Assembly (NCBI RefSeq): GCF_964194155.1
Contig: NC_135891.1
Coordinates: 14,012,001-14,076,000 of the forward strand
Origin: Cetorhinus maximus
Taxonomy: Eukaryota
DNA: 64,000 nt
Direction: 5' to 3'
Shown: positions 13,410-25,126 of the stretch, in pieces
Position numbering within the stretch: position 1 is the stretch's first letter
How the letters are laid out: each line of letters starts with the position of its first letter
The notes under the pieces: model-generated
The model's database searches: none
Told to the model about the DNA's origin: nothing
What the model saw: the letters and a program-made list of their open reading frames with translations, nothing else
Made by a program: the position numbers and the translations under genes

Positions 13410-13706
13410 AACAGGTTAAACTGAAACGCTTCTTGCCCTCACGAGCGGACATACAAGATCCCATGGAACTATTCAAAGAAGATCAGGAACATTCTCCTGG
13501 TCTCCTAATATTTATCTCTTAACCAATATTGTGAAACAGGTTATCTGGTCGTTTATCTCTTTGCTGTTGTAGAGCCCTACCCTGTGCAAATTGGCTGCCA
13601 TATTTCCCTATATTACAACAGGGGTTATATTTCGGTGGCTGTGAAGCACTTTAGAATGTCCTGAGGTAATGAAAGGCACTATATAAATAGAAGGTCTTTC
13701 TTTCTT
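13410..13706 (+). mobile_element. DeuSINE-like (SacSINE/AmnSINE-type) SINE body and tail
   Basis: AAGATCCCATGG.ACTATT, TTATCTGGTC, GCAAATTGGCTGC and AAAGGCACTATATAAAT..TCTTTC motifs; homologous copies elsewhere in the window. Confidence 0.7.
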
Positions 13707-14097
13707 TAAGCTCACAAAATAAGACATTAGATATTGCATGAGAAATGAAGGATGTTGACATAAGTATGTTATTGGCGTGGCCTGGAGAATCTCACACAGA
13801 TATTCATCAAGCAGAAGTGAAACCGAGAATCAAAATCTGATCTCTTTTAAAACGATTTTAATCAAAAAATTGTCTTAAAGCTCATCAACTTTAATGTAAT
13901 TGATAACTTAGGAAGATCACTTGGTACTAATACGCCAGGGAGTTAATTGAATATCAGACTCAACAAGAGCCCAACATTAACCTAGCTGATATACATTAAA
14001 CCCAATAATTTGGAACAGTAATATAACCCCAACCCCAGCAATGACCAAATAAAATAGCTTAACATCAGTCCTAACAAACCACCAATCAATTTTAAAT

Positions 14098-14440
14098 ATA
14101 ACATAGGAACATAGGAAATAGGTGTAGGAGTAGGCCATTCAGCCCCTCAAGCCTGCTCTGCCATTCAACTAGATTGTGGTTGATCTCCTACCTTAATGCC
14201 ATTGTCCTCATATCCCTTGATATCTTTAATGACTAGAAATCCAATGACCTCTGCCTTGAAGGTCTCAATGACCAAGCCTCTACAGCCCTCTGGGATAGAG
14301 AATTCCAAAGATTCACTCATCATCTTCTGAGTGAAGAAATATCTTTTCAACTCAGTCCTAAATGGCCCACCTCTTATTCTGAGACTGTGCCCCCTGGTTC
14401 TAGACCCCCCAGCAAGGGGAAACACCCTTTCTGCATCTAC
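14098..14440 (-). mobile_element. CR1 3' fragment
   Basis: Minus ORF ERVFPLAGGSRTRGHSLRIRG..FFTQ; (CATAGGAA)n tail. Confidence 0.85.
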
Positions 14441-15106
14441 CCACAAACAGCAAACATTTGTATGGGATGACAAACCAGAGGTTAGAAGCAGAGTTTCTCT
14501 ACACTGCCTGGTCTCATAATGAGATGGTCAAATGTCAACCAGGACAGTAATGCACCAAAACAACCTAGCCAAAACAGTAACCGAGAAGGCCAACCTAATG
14601 TGAATACTATCAATAACTGAGAGAGACTACAGCCTGGAATTGACTGTTAAACCTAACGCCTTTGGTATTGGATATTACTTATTATTAATTTAGTGAATAC
14701 CGCTAAACACACTTATACCCATTGCCTGTTCTCTGAGTGCAGGGAAATTGCTGAGGACTAAAAATGATTTCCATGCACTAGACAGCGGAAGACATCCCTT
14801 ACCATTACTAACCTTGACTTTGACATAAAGGCTTGTTAACATTAAAGTGTGTCTTATTCTAATGCTGCATTGCAAGCCCTAATAATCCATGTTGCAGCAA
14901 AGGCTACAGTCCATGATCTACAGTGTTTTAGTGAAAGGTAAACTGTTGTGTACTTCAACTGCTACTTGGAGGTTTTTTTGCACATTTATGGAAATGGCAT
15001 TCAGTGGTACACTAGTATTGCATTTGGTGGAAAATGGGCAAGAGCTGAAAGGGCTGCCCAGGAGAACAAATGGAATTTGTCACGACCTGCAGCTATATAA
15101 CACAAT

Positions 15107-16056
15107 GGCCCAGGTTTTCACCATGACAGAGAGGCTCTCCACTATGGCAAAACTCCCAGAAATACCCGAGACTAGAAAATGAAAAATGACCCAACATTCT
15201 AAGTCCCGCCCCTGAACCCAGCATTCCCCACCTTCGCGGGGGTGGGAGCGGAGTCAGGCCGTGTTTCACGCATGCGCGATTCACGGAGGCAGCTGGCCAC
15301 TCGAATCACCAGCTACCTCCACTGAAGTGGGATTTTGGAAGAACGGGATTGTGAAATCCAGAGTGTGCAGAATAGAACAGTTAAGAAGAGGTCTGAACTT
15401 CGATTCATTTGGATAGCTGGGGTACCCTTTTGGAAAGGATATGGTACCCCTTTAGATAGGGTCCCAGGACACCTTTGGGAGAAGCAAGGCACCGTTTGGG
15501 ATTCTTAGGATTAAACATGGTTATGGACTTTTTACGTACAAACACATTGGAACTGTCAAGCTGTCAAAGGATTGTCCTGCTGTCATGGAACTTTCAAGAA
15601 AGTGTCAAAGCTGTCAAGGAAGTGTCAAAGTTGTCGAAGTAGCCAAGGGAGTGTCCAAGGATACTAGGTGAGTTGGCATGGAGTGGATAAGGGTAAAGAG
15701 TGGTGGTGGGGGGTATGGGTTGGCATAGATTGGCATGAATGGGGCATAGGGAGTATGTAGTGAGGTAAAGGGGGGTGGGTGGTGAGGGTTGAGGACTGGA
15801 GGGCTGTTTTTTATTTTAACCTTTTATTTATTTAAATAGGGCCAGTACACAGAGGCAGGCCTTCCACCCACCCTGCCTTTGCACCCAGCAGCCTCCACAC
15901 TTGTTCTGGGGTCACCTGCCCCAACTCCTTTTTCAACAACCTCCCCGCCCCCGACTGAAAATCTGACCTACGGGTGGACATTTCTAAATGTCAGGCTCAC
16001 AGAGCTGGGAAATCTCCCAATTCTGGGCACCTGAACTGGGGACGAAAATCTGGGCC
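15107..16056. mobile_element. Harbinger-type MITE, family B (950 bp)
   Basis: TIR GGCCCAGGTTTTC / GAAAATCTGGGCC (12 of 13 match); flanks AAT/AGT; internal (CTGTCAA)-like short repeats at 15552-15660. Confidence 0.7.
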
Positions 16057-16439
16057 AGTGGGCCTATCATAGCAGAGTCAGTTGCCAGAGGGTGTCAGAG
16101 GAGGTGAGGAAGCTGATTTATTGGGAAAGCTGTGAGAAAGCTGGGCCATCGCTGTGTATCTAAAGCCTGTGCTGAACGTGCAGTGGCCCTCAATTTTACA
16201 ACCAGCTAGCCGCCAACAGCACATAATCATACAAGTGAGTGTCTTCTTTCACAGGGGCTAGAATCATAGAATCATACAGCGCAGAGGGAGGCCATCTTGC
16301 CTGTGTCAGAAAGATCTCTCCAATTAGCCCCACTTCCCTGCTCTATCCGCACAGCACTGCAAACATTCCCTCAATCTTTCAGGATTCAGTGTTTGAGACA
16401 ATTATTTAAATATTTGAAGGGAAAGGAAGACAAAAGGCC

Positions 16440-16836
16440 TCCTTTCTCTGGAGTTTAAAAGAATGAGAGGTGATTTCATTGAAAGATCTATAATTTTTTT
16501 GAAGGACTTGACAGGTTAGATGCGGGCAGGATGTTTCCCCTTGACCGGGAAGTCTAGAACTAGGGTTCACAGTCTTAGAATATGGGATCTGCCATTAAGG
16601 GGTGAGTTGAGTGGAAATATTTTAACTTAAAATGTTGTGAATCTCAGGAATACTCTACTGTGGAATGTTGTGGATGCTGGGTCATTGAGTATATTCAAGA
16701 CAGAGGTCAACAGATTTTTGGATACTAAGGGAATCAAACGATATGGAGACAGTGTGGGAAGATATAACTAAGGTAGAGGAGCAGCCATGATCTTATTGAA
16801 TGGTGCAGCAGGATGGGAGGGGCAGAATGGCCTCCT
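16440..16836 (+). mobile_element. CR1 3' fragment
   Basis: SLEFKRMRGD..SRTRVHSLRI and a CR1 3' UTR; directly abuts a second CR1. Confidence 0.8.
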
Positions 16837-18758
16837 CCTAATTGACAAGGTAATTAGAGTTTTTTGAGGATGTAAGTAGTAATGTAAATAAAGGGGAACC
16901 AGTAGATGTAGTATACCCAGATTTTAAAAAGCCATTGGTTAATGTGCCACACAAAAGGTTGGTAGGTAAGAAAAGAGCTCCTGTGGATGGGAGTATAATG
17001 TTAGCATGGATAGAGGATTGGTTAATAGACAGAAGGTAAAGAGTGGGCATAAATGGGGCATTTTCAAGTTGGCAGGCTGCAATGAGAGGATTGCCACAAG
17101 GATCAATGCTGGGGACCCAGCTATTTACATCTATATTAATGACTTAGATGAAAAGACAAAGGAGTAATGTGTCAAAGTTTGCTGAAGATGCAGAGCTATT
17201 GGAAACTGTTGGGAGGGTACAGAGAGGCTGCAAAGAGATATAGGCAGGTTAAATGAATGGGCAACAAGATAGCAGATGGAGTATGATGTGGAGAAGTGTG
17301 AAGTTATTCACTTCAGTTATAAGAATAGAAAAGCAGAATATTTTTTAAAAGGTGTGAGACTTGTAAATGTTGATGTTCAGAGACACTTGGGTGTGCTTGT
17401 ACAATTAGGAACACAAAGTTAGCATGCAGTTACAGCAAGCAATTGGAAAGGCAAATGGCATGCTGACCTTTATTGCTAAGGGATTGGCGTACACGAATAA
17501 AGAAGCCTTGCTACAATTGTACAAGGATTTGGTAAGACCGCATCTAGAATACCGCAGTTGCATTTGTGTTCTCCACATTTAAGGAAGGGTATACTTGCGT
17601 TGGGGGTGGTACAGTGAAGGTTCACTAAATTGATCCCTGGGATGAGGGGATTGTCCTATGATGAGAGGCTGAGTAAATTGGCTGATATTCTCTGGAGTTT
17701 AGAAGAATGAGAGGCAATCTCATTGAAACATAGGGCAGAATCTTCTGGTCGGCGTGCGGGGGTGGGCCCCACATGCCAACGCGTAAAATGACGGTGCGTC
17801 CCGATGTCACCATGCGTCACTCTGATCTTTAGTTCGGCGGGCACACACCTGAGTCAGGTGCGCGCCTGCTGAACTGTCAAAGGCCTAGTAAGGCCATTAA
17901 TCACCTAATTGGAGTATTTGTCAGGGCTGCCCTTCCAACCTTAAGGTTGGCGGGGGGGCAGGCGAAGAGCCCAGGCGGCCTTCGCATTTTTCATGAAACC
18001 TCATCCGCGGGCGGGATGATGTCTAATGAAGAGTTTATAACTTTAATAAAAATTTTGATTAAAATTCATTGACAGGTCCCAGCTCATGTGACACTGTCAC
18101 ATTTAGGGGACATGTCTGAATAATTTTAAAAATTATTTTCTTCAAGTTTTCACAATCAAATTAGCAGCCTCAGGGAGTTTTTCAGCCGCATTTCTATCGG
18201 GCGCATGTGCAAAAGAGCGTAGGCCCCGACTCTCCCTCCAAACCCCTCCTGCACGGGTAGCGGTGAGCACTTCCAGGTGCCCGTCACACTGGGCAGGCCT
18301 TAATTGGCCCGTCCGTGTAAAATGGCGGCGATCAGCTGCGCGCCCACCTGCTCCCGCCCAGCCCGCCCGACGGGGAGAAAACTCTCCCCATAAAAGACTC
18401 TGAAGAGGCTGGATTGGGTGGACGCGGAGAGACTTTTCCCACTGGTCAGGGAATCTAAAACGCAGGGGCTCAGTCTCAGGATGAGGGGCCAATCATTTAG
18501 GACTGAGGTGAGGAGAAATTACTTCACTCAAAGGCTTGTGAACCTTTGGAGTTCTCTGCCCCAGGTGGTTGTGGTTGCGCTATTGTCGAATACATTTAAA
18601 ACTTGGACAGGCAGATTTTTGGTCTCTCAGGGAATCATGGGATATGGGTGGAGGGCAGGAAAGTAGAGTGTAGAAGCCCAAGATCAGCCAAGGTTGTATT
18701 GAATGACGGAGCAGGTGTGACGGGCTGTATGGTTTACCCTTGCTCCTATTTCTTATTT
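16837..18758 (+). mobile_element. 5'-truncated CR1 LINE (RT), split by a MITE at 17733-18389
   Basis: EFFEDV..VDVVYPDFKK, PQGSMLGP, KFAED, LVRPHLEY, FTQRLVNLWSSLP. Confidence 0.9.
17733..18389 (+). mobile_element. Harbinger-type MITE, family A
   Basis: TIR GGGCAGAATCTTC / GAAAACTCTCCCC; TSD ATA (17730-32 and 18390-92); removing it restores the CR1 LIET-x-K region. Confidence 0.9.
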
Positions 18759-18879
18759 TTCGAAAGGATGGCACTTGAGATCAAAGCCACCGTCTGTAGC
18801 AAAGGCCCTTATATCAAAAATAGATGGAAGTAGAGCACATGTATGGTGAAGCTCATGCTACAACCATTCAGGAAAAAGC

Positions 18880-18981
18880 TGTTCTGTTGAAGAGTCATGC
18901 AGACTCGAAACGTTAACTGTGCTCCTCTCCACAGATGCTGCCAGACCTGCTGAGTTTTTCCAGGTATTTTTGTTTTTATTT
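18880..18981 (+). mobile_element. Solo Penelope pseudo-LTR fragment
   Basis: GAAGAGTC..GACTCGAAACGTT..GATGCTGCCAGACCTGCTGAG; flanked by direct repeat AGGAAAAAGC (18870-79 and 18982-91). Confidence 0.85.
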
Positions 18982-19226
18982 AGGAAAAAGCAATCCTCTT
19001 GGTTGACACCTCACCCACCAATTTCAATATTCGCTCTATCCACTATCAGCAGACCGTGGGCTGCCGTCTATTGTGTACAAGATGTATAGTAGCAAGCTGG
19101 CAAAGCTTCTAGGGCAGCACCTTCCAAACCCCCTACCACTCAGAAGGACAAGGACAGCAGGCGCACGGGAGCAGCAGCAGTTTCAAGTTCCGATCCATGT
19201 CACATGCCGTCCTGATTTGGAGCTAC

Positions 19227-19890
19227 GGGCAGAATTTTGCCCCTGTTGGGCGGGCTCAGGAGCGGCCGCGAAGCTGCCCACCGCCTGCGATCAGGCCCCG
19301 ACATGGATTTCGCGCTGGGCTAGCCAATTAATGGCCAGCTGGCATGAAACGCAGGCCGCAGCACTGCCAGGGTGGAAGCGGGTTGGAATGCGAGCGCAGA
19401 GGCGTGTGCATGTGCACGGGGGGGGTGCGCGCAGTAAAAGCTCCCTGAGGCACGGAGCTGTCTCAGGGAACTGAAGATTTTTGAAAATAAAAAAATAAAG
19501 AATTTAAAAATGTTAATAACATGCCCCCCCTCGTGTGACCCTGTGAGCAGGGACATGTTAGAAATTAGTCTGAAATTTAAAATTTTTAAAAAAAATCGCT
19601 GAACGAAACCTCATCAGGCCCCGTGGATAAAAGGCCCCTTGGCCTTTTCGCCTGCCCGCCAACCATAATGTTGGGTGGGCAGCGAAAAATTTCATTTCAT
19701 TAGAACCTTAACGGCCTTAATAGGCCTGTTAATTGTTGGCGGGTGTGCAGCTGGTTCCCGCACGCGCCCACCGACCGAAATATCACGCGAGTACTCGATG
19801 ACGTCGGGACGCTCGCCCGCGCCATCGCCTGTCATTTTACGCTCGTTGAGGGCGGGCACACGCCCGCACGATGAGCGCAATATCTTGCCC
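19227..19890 (-). mobile_element. Harbinger-type MITE, family A (reverse orientation)
   Basis: TIR GGGCAGAATTTTGC / GCAATATCTTGCCC; internal motifs appear in reverse order relative to 17733-18389. Confidence 0.85.
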
Positions 19891-21764
19891 ATATCACTGT
19901 TTCTTTATTGTCATTGGGCCAAAATTCCCACCTAATAACCTTCACCACAAGAACTGCAGCTGTGAAAGAAGAAGACTCACTGCTACCTCCTCAAGGGTGG
20001 CTACGGATAGGTAACAAATGCTGATCCTGACGTCAACCCCCATATCCCAAGAATGAATATTCAAAAAAACGGTCATCAAATGTACAACTGGAATCTTCAA
20101 GCAATGCTACAATTATCCTAAATTCACTCTGGAAAGAGGCATCACCATGTAGGTCAAAAACAAGGTGGCAAAGCCATGGCACAGCAAGACTGTGAAAATT
20201 ATAGTAAAAGCGATAAGTGTAGAATCAGCAATGCAGTAGAGAAAACTGGTGTGTCAGGCATAAACTAAAGATGCCTTCAATGAGTAACACAGCTCTTGCA
20301 CTTCTTAAACTTGGAAAACACATTAGTCAACTGCACCTGTATAATTTTATCTAAACCCAAGCCGAGTTTTTTGAATACCATTTATTGCCATTTTATGCTG
20401 GACTCTTGCATTCGATTATATGGCTTTGGGGGTGGTTGGGTTGTTGGCTTTGGGGGGAAGGGAGTGTTTAATTATGATGCTCAGGCCATCGTTTCGGGGA
20501 TAGGCTTGGTAGACCAGCTGGTCTTTCGCTGCCTGCCAAATTTTGTATCTTTGTTGACATTTACTCTGCACAACATACAAATCAAAGGCAATGTCTATAT
20601 TTCAACTGATGTGCGATGTGTGAATCAGACATTGTAGTTGTGCAGTTATGTGTTACCTAACATCCCCTTGGAGTCCGCCTGGGTGAGGGTCACACAGACA
20701 CACAGATAGGATTGTGTGCTGGTCATTGAGAAGGCCTTGGAGCTGAGGTGGCCATGCCTAGAAACACTGCTGGCTGATTATCCTCCCTGTTTTTGGCAGT
20801 TCCTTCTATCCCTGCTGCACCAGGGTGTCATTTTTAGGGACAAATCTCAGGGGGTGAAAAGCCCTTAGCGCCACTGTGTGAAACAGCCTCATAGTGAACT
20901 GGCAGCTGATTTTTCACCGCGCTTAACCTTCTTTTCACTGATAGCTCAAACTCTTTTTGGAGACTCGTTTCCTTGCCTCACTGCCTCTTTTACTTGGTTT
21001 GAAATGAAAAATCTTGGCAATATTTTCCAAGTCAATGGAACTATAACAGCCGGCTTGGTGAAAAATCAGTGCCAATTTGCTACCAGTCTGTTTGCACCGT
21101 TTGCAAAGCCTCGTACAGTATGACTCAACCCACTCTGGGTTTTTTCTTTATCAGCGCTTCCAAAATCTGGACAGTAGCTGTGCCTTCTGTCACTTGCTAG
21201 TTCCCCATTCTAAAGCAGTTTTGTTCATTTAACAGCTACCCTGGTTTAACCAAAGCTATTTTAGTTGTCCAAATCCCTCCATATTGCAGTGATAAGTTGT
21301 ATTACTGCTTCTGAGTCAGTGGCCAGTGTACAAATGTTAATGTGCATTTTTCCATCCACCTACTGAAATAGTAAAAACCATGTATTAAGTAGATTTCTTT
21401 TGCAACCTTAATTTAACCCCTTATCAGTGTGCTAAATTTAATTTTCAGGTTAATATTTCTGCTTACTGTTATAAATTGTCAATGCGCAGATCAGCCTATG
21501 TTAATAACTGAAAGGGTTATGAATTCACTCACTTTAAGCAAAGCTTTGCCTCACTGGGAGTGCACAACAGGAGTTTGGACTTGCACTCCCAACAATTGTT
21601 CATTCAATGGATGGAAAATCATGGGCAGCATGTACTTGAATTTCCAATATGTGATTTAGGCAGATGAGGCCCTAACACACCTTTTTGAGAAGAGAGACGC
21701 CTCATTCATGAAGTTCGCAAATGCAGAGATGAAACAGATTCTCCTTTTCAACACCCAGGTGCAA

Positions 21765-22361
21765 GAAATAAAAAAACTCAGCAGGCCTGGCAGCAGTTGT
21801 GCAGAGAGTAACAGAGTTAATGTTTCGAGTCAAATATGACTCTTCTTCGGAACTGAAGGTAGGTAGAAATGTGATGGGTTTATGTTGTTGAAAGGGGGGA
21901 GGAGAAGGTAGAACTAAAGGGAAAGTCTGGGACAGGTTAGAAATTACAAAGATGTCCTGGAACAAAAGCAAAGGGAGTGGTAATGGTTGTAGTAAAGAAA
22001 CAAAGCATTAGTCCAGAGTGAGTGGTAATGGCAGAATAATGAACAGCTCTGTCTGAAAACAAAAACACAAAAACAACTTACAGACTGGTCCTTGGCTAAA
22101 ACAAAAGTATCAAAACGGAGGACAGAGTTTTTGGTCTGAAATTGTTGAACTCAATGTTGAGCCTAGAAGGCTGTCAACTGCTTAATTGGAAGATGAGGTG
22201 CTGTTCCTCAAGCTTGCGTTGAGCTTCACTGGAACACTGCAGCAGGCCGAGGATAGAAATATGAGCGTGAGAGCAAGATGATGAATTAAAATGGCGAGCA
22301 ACCGGAAGTTCAGGGTCACGCATGTGGACTGAGCAGAGGTGTTCCACAAAGCGGTCACCCA
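21765..22361 (-). mobile_element. Penelope-like element 3' part: GIY-YIG endonuclease C-terminus and pLTR
   Basis: Minus ORF GDRFVEHLCSV..PELPVARHFN..HAHISILGL..QRKLEEQHLIFQL (RxxEH / PVAxHF / E..I..L motifs of PLE endonucleases), followed by the pLTR. Confidence 0.9.
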
Positions 22362-23714
22362 TGTGTAAGAGTGTGGTGGGGGTGAGGGGTAGCAGTGGGC
22401 AGACACATTCAACACAAACTTGGGTACAAGATCTTCACAATTTTGTGTCCATTCTGGATGGAAAGTTGGGAGCACCTTGGTGCATGAGTTTGTAATAAGC
22501 TATTCTCCACCAAATGCTAATGCTCTGGCACTAAAGAGCAAAAGCTGCCCAAACATATAAATGGAGCCTCTATCTGTAAAGCAAGTCTGTAAAGCAATCA
22601 ACTTTACAAAGAGGTCACCTTTCTAGAAGAAAATCACCACCTGCGTGGAGATACCACAATCGGTGAGAGCTACCGCTAAATAGGAGGTCCTCAGTTTCTC
22701 TGGACTAAAGAAGGAGAAAAGTGATTAAGGTATTTGCTCCTGATCACTGTTGAATGAACTCTGTTGGAAAAGTGTTGCGAGTGTTGAATGAGCGGACAAA
22801 TAAAGCTTGGTTGTGATTCCCTCATGATTAAGATTTACTCTTTCAACTCAGACATTAAGAACAGGCACTGAAGGATAAAAGTGGGAGCTGTACAAGAGCC
22901 CACCTCCACAAGAAAGGAGGGAGCGCACATGAAAGGATAAGGCAGGGGAAGAAAAAAGGGCTGCGCACTCCCCTTCCACCCGACCATGCTAGCCAGAGAG
23001 ACTGATAACAGAAGTGGCTGGAGCTAATGATGGTGACATAATTCTGCATCACATCTTCATTTGCTAACCCACAAACAGGAAATCCTCTGGACACTTAAAG
23101 ATGATGCATTCCACCACACTGCTTGCCACCGCTTGTTCCAGCAGTTAGCCAAGCAACCAAAATTGTTCCAAAAAATAGTTTTAGCAGAACTTTGCATTTT
23201 AATGCACTACTGGAATTCACTTTGATGATAAAAACAGTAAACATTCTTTGTATGTACAAATGGGCGCTGCTCCTCTGCACCACTCAAAGACATTTTTTTA
23301 TTTTAGCTGAAGCCTGTTTTCTTCAACCAATACTTCATCTTTCTTTGTCATTTGCTGTCACTCACAGCCCATCTCTGTTCCCTTTGCACGGTTTCATTGT
23401 GACTCACGAGAGATAATGGGATGTATCTGTTCAGTAATAGAATGTGTTCCCAAGAACACTTAACGTCAAGCAAAGGAAACGCAAAAGAACAGAATAGGTT
23501 TTCTGTTTCAAAGAGAAGTTTGAGTTCCTTAAAAAAAAATGTTTCTATCAGTTATGTGACCTGTCTGACTATCAGTCACAGTGTTCTGACAACGTAGTCC
23601 GAAGATTATCATCTTGAATTTTTGGAAAAAATGACCTGCGTCATCGTCTTGAAAATTGTTCATTTTTAGGCAATTGTAATGATTAAACTGGCGCGTAAAA
23701 TCCAGACTAATGCT

Positions 23715-23920
23715 CCCAGAGCAATACTGAGGGGTGCCGTCTTGCTTGGTTGGGTGAGATGTGAAACTGAGATCCCTGTTAGCCCGTGAAGGTGGATTTA
23801 AAAAAAAATTGCATGCAAAGTTTTCCTCGGTGCCCTGGCCACCATTCCTCCCTCAGCCAATGGCGTCAAAAAACAGATTCACTGTTCAAGTGACATTGCC
23901 GTGCAACAAAATGGACGACA
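23715..23920 (+). mobile_element. Decayed DeuSINE-like fragment
   Basis: Similar to 13410-13706 and to the reverse complement of 49520-49945. Confidence 0.5.
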
Positions 23921-24583
23921 GCATTGGAATTTAAGGCAGAGGAGGGGGCGGTAGACCCGCGCTCGGATGAAGAGTTGGAGGTGAGCCCACCTCCACTTGG
24001 TCGGGCCACCCCGCAGCCACTGGGCTGTTAATTGGCTCGAGGCGGAACTTCCGTCCCCGTCTATGAGGTCCCACCTCTGAGATGGCAAATCAAATAGCTG
24101 GCTAGATCTCTAGTCCCAGCAGTGCCACTAGGAATAGTGGCCACTGCTGGGACAATAGGCAGTCCCGGAAGAGGAGATACCATGGACCCGGACGTAGGAT
24201 ATAGTCCGGGGTTTTGTCAGGGCCAGGCTGGCAGGCACCAGAGAGGGGTTTGGGGGCCAGGTTCAACAGAGTGAGAGGTAGAACTACGTGGGGCACAGGG
24301 TGCCCAAGTAGAAGGCACTCCCCTACCCACCCCCCAATCCAGCAGGCGGCCTGGGCACTTGACTCTAACTCGCTGCTGTAGGTAAAAACCCAGTGGTGAC
24401 AGGAGAAGGTTCTTAAATGGCCATTAATTGGCTACGTAAGGGCCTCAATTAACCATGGAAGTGCCTCCCCCACCAGCAGGTAAAATCCCAGTGGAGGTGG
24501 ATAGGCGCCAAAGCTATAGACCACCAAATTTTATGGCACCCTGACTGCCAACCCACTCATGGGAAGGGCATAGAATTTCGGCC
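23921..24583. mobile_element. Harbinger-type MITE, family C
   Basis: Right end GGGCATAGAATTTCGGCC matches the reverse complement of the start of the 57917 element; shared GTCCCAGCAGT motif; left end degenerate. Confidence 0.55.
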
Positions 24584-24591
24584 AAGGTTTC

Positions 24592-24634
24592 TTTCTCACT
24601 GTCTTTCTCTCTCCCTCTCTCTCTCTGTCTCTTC
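24592..24634. repeat. (CT)n microsatellite
   Basis: Direct observation. Confidence 0.85.
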
Positions 24635-24683
24635 TAACCATTTTGTGCAACATTTGCAGAAGCATTGAAAATGTCCAAAACTG

Positions 24684-24975
24684 TGTGGTAATCTGGAGTG
24701 TAATACATCTTTAAGAGACTGTGAGCAGATTAACCACGTTACTGTAAGACCCAATAGCTGTGTAGCACGGGCTACCAGGTTAATGTTAGTCTAGAGTAGG
24801 GTCTGGCCGGAGAAGCGCACATCACGTTAATGCTCTGTTGTTTGTGTAAATAAATAGTATGTGTTTCATTTCATATTGGTCTCTGCATCTGCCGTATATG
24901 GTAATTGACTCGCCTGCCGACAGATAAGCCTGCAACCGGTTCACGAACAAAGCGACCCATAGATAAAACATAACA
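24684..24975 (+). repeat. 5' LTR
   Basis: Ungapped direct repeat of 27366-27657, about 35 mismatches in 292 by manual count; contains AATAAA. Confidence 0.95.
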
Positions 24976-24977
24976 AC

Positions 24978-24988
24978 TGGCAACGAGG
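24978..24988 (+). promoter_or_regulatory. Primer-binding site, probably tRNA-Ser(GCU)
   Basis: TGGCAACGAGG lies 2 nt after the LTR and is one mismatch from TGGCGACGAGG, the complement of the ...CCUCGUCGCCA 3' end of vertebrate tRNA-Ser(GCU). Confidence 0.7.
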
Positions 24989-25126
24989 CAAAACATCACC
25001 AGTCGACGACACCAAGGAAAGTCGCGAAAACTCAACAGTACTGAAGTAACGGTGTCTGCAGGCTGATTGTATGCACATTACAATTGTAAACCCTCACCGT
25101 AGTGGTCTAAGCCATCACTCTTCAAT

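Larger units (their letters stand above)
18800..20065 (+). mobile_element. Decayed L2/Crack-like LINE 3' part carrying two nested insertions
   Basis: GCAGCACCTTCCAAACC and AAATGCTG..CCCATATCCC..GAATGAAT..A tail homologous to 30600-31145. Confidence 0.7.
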
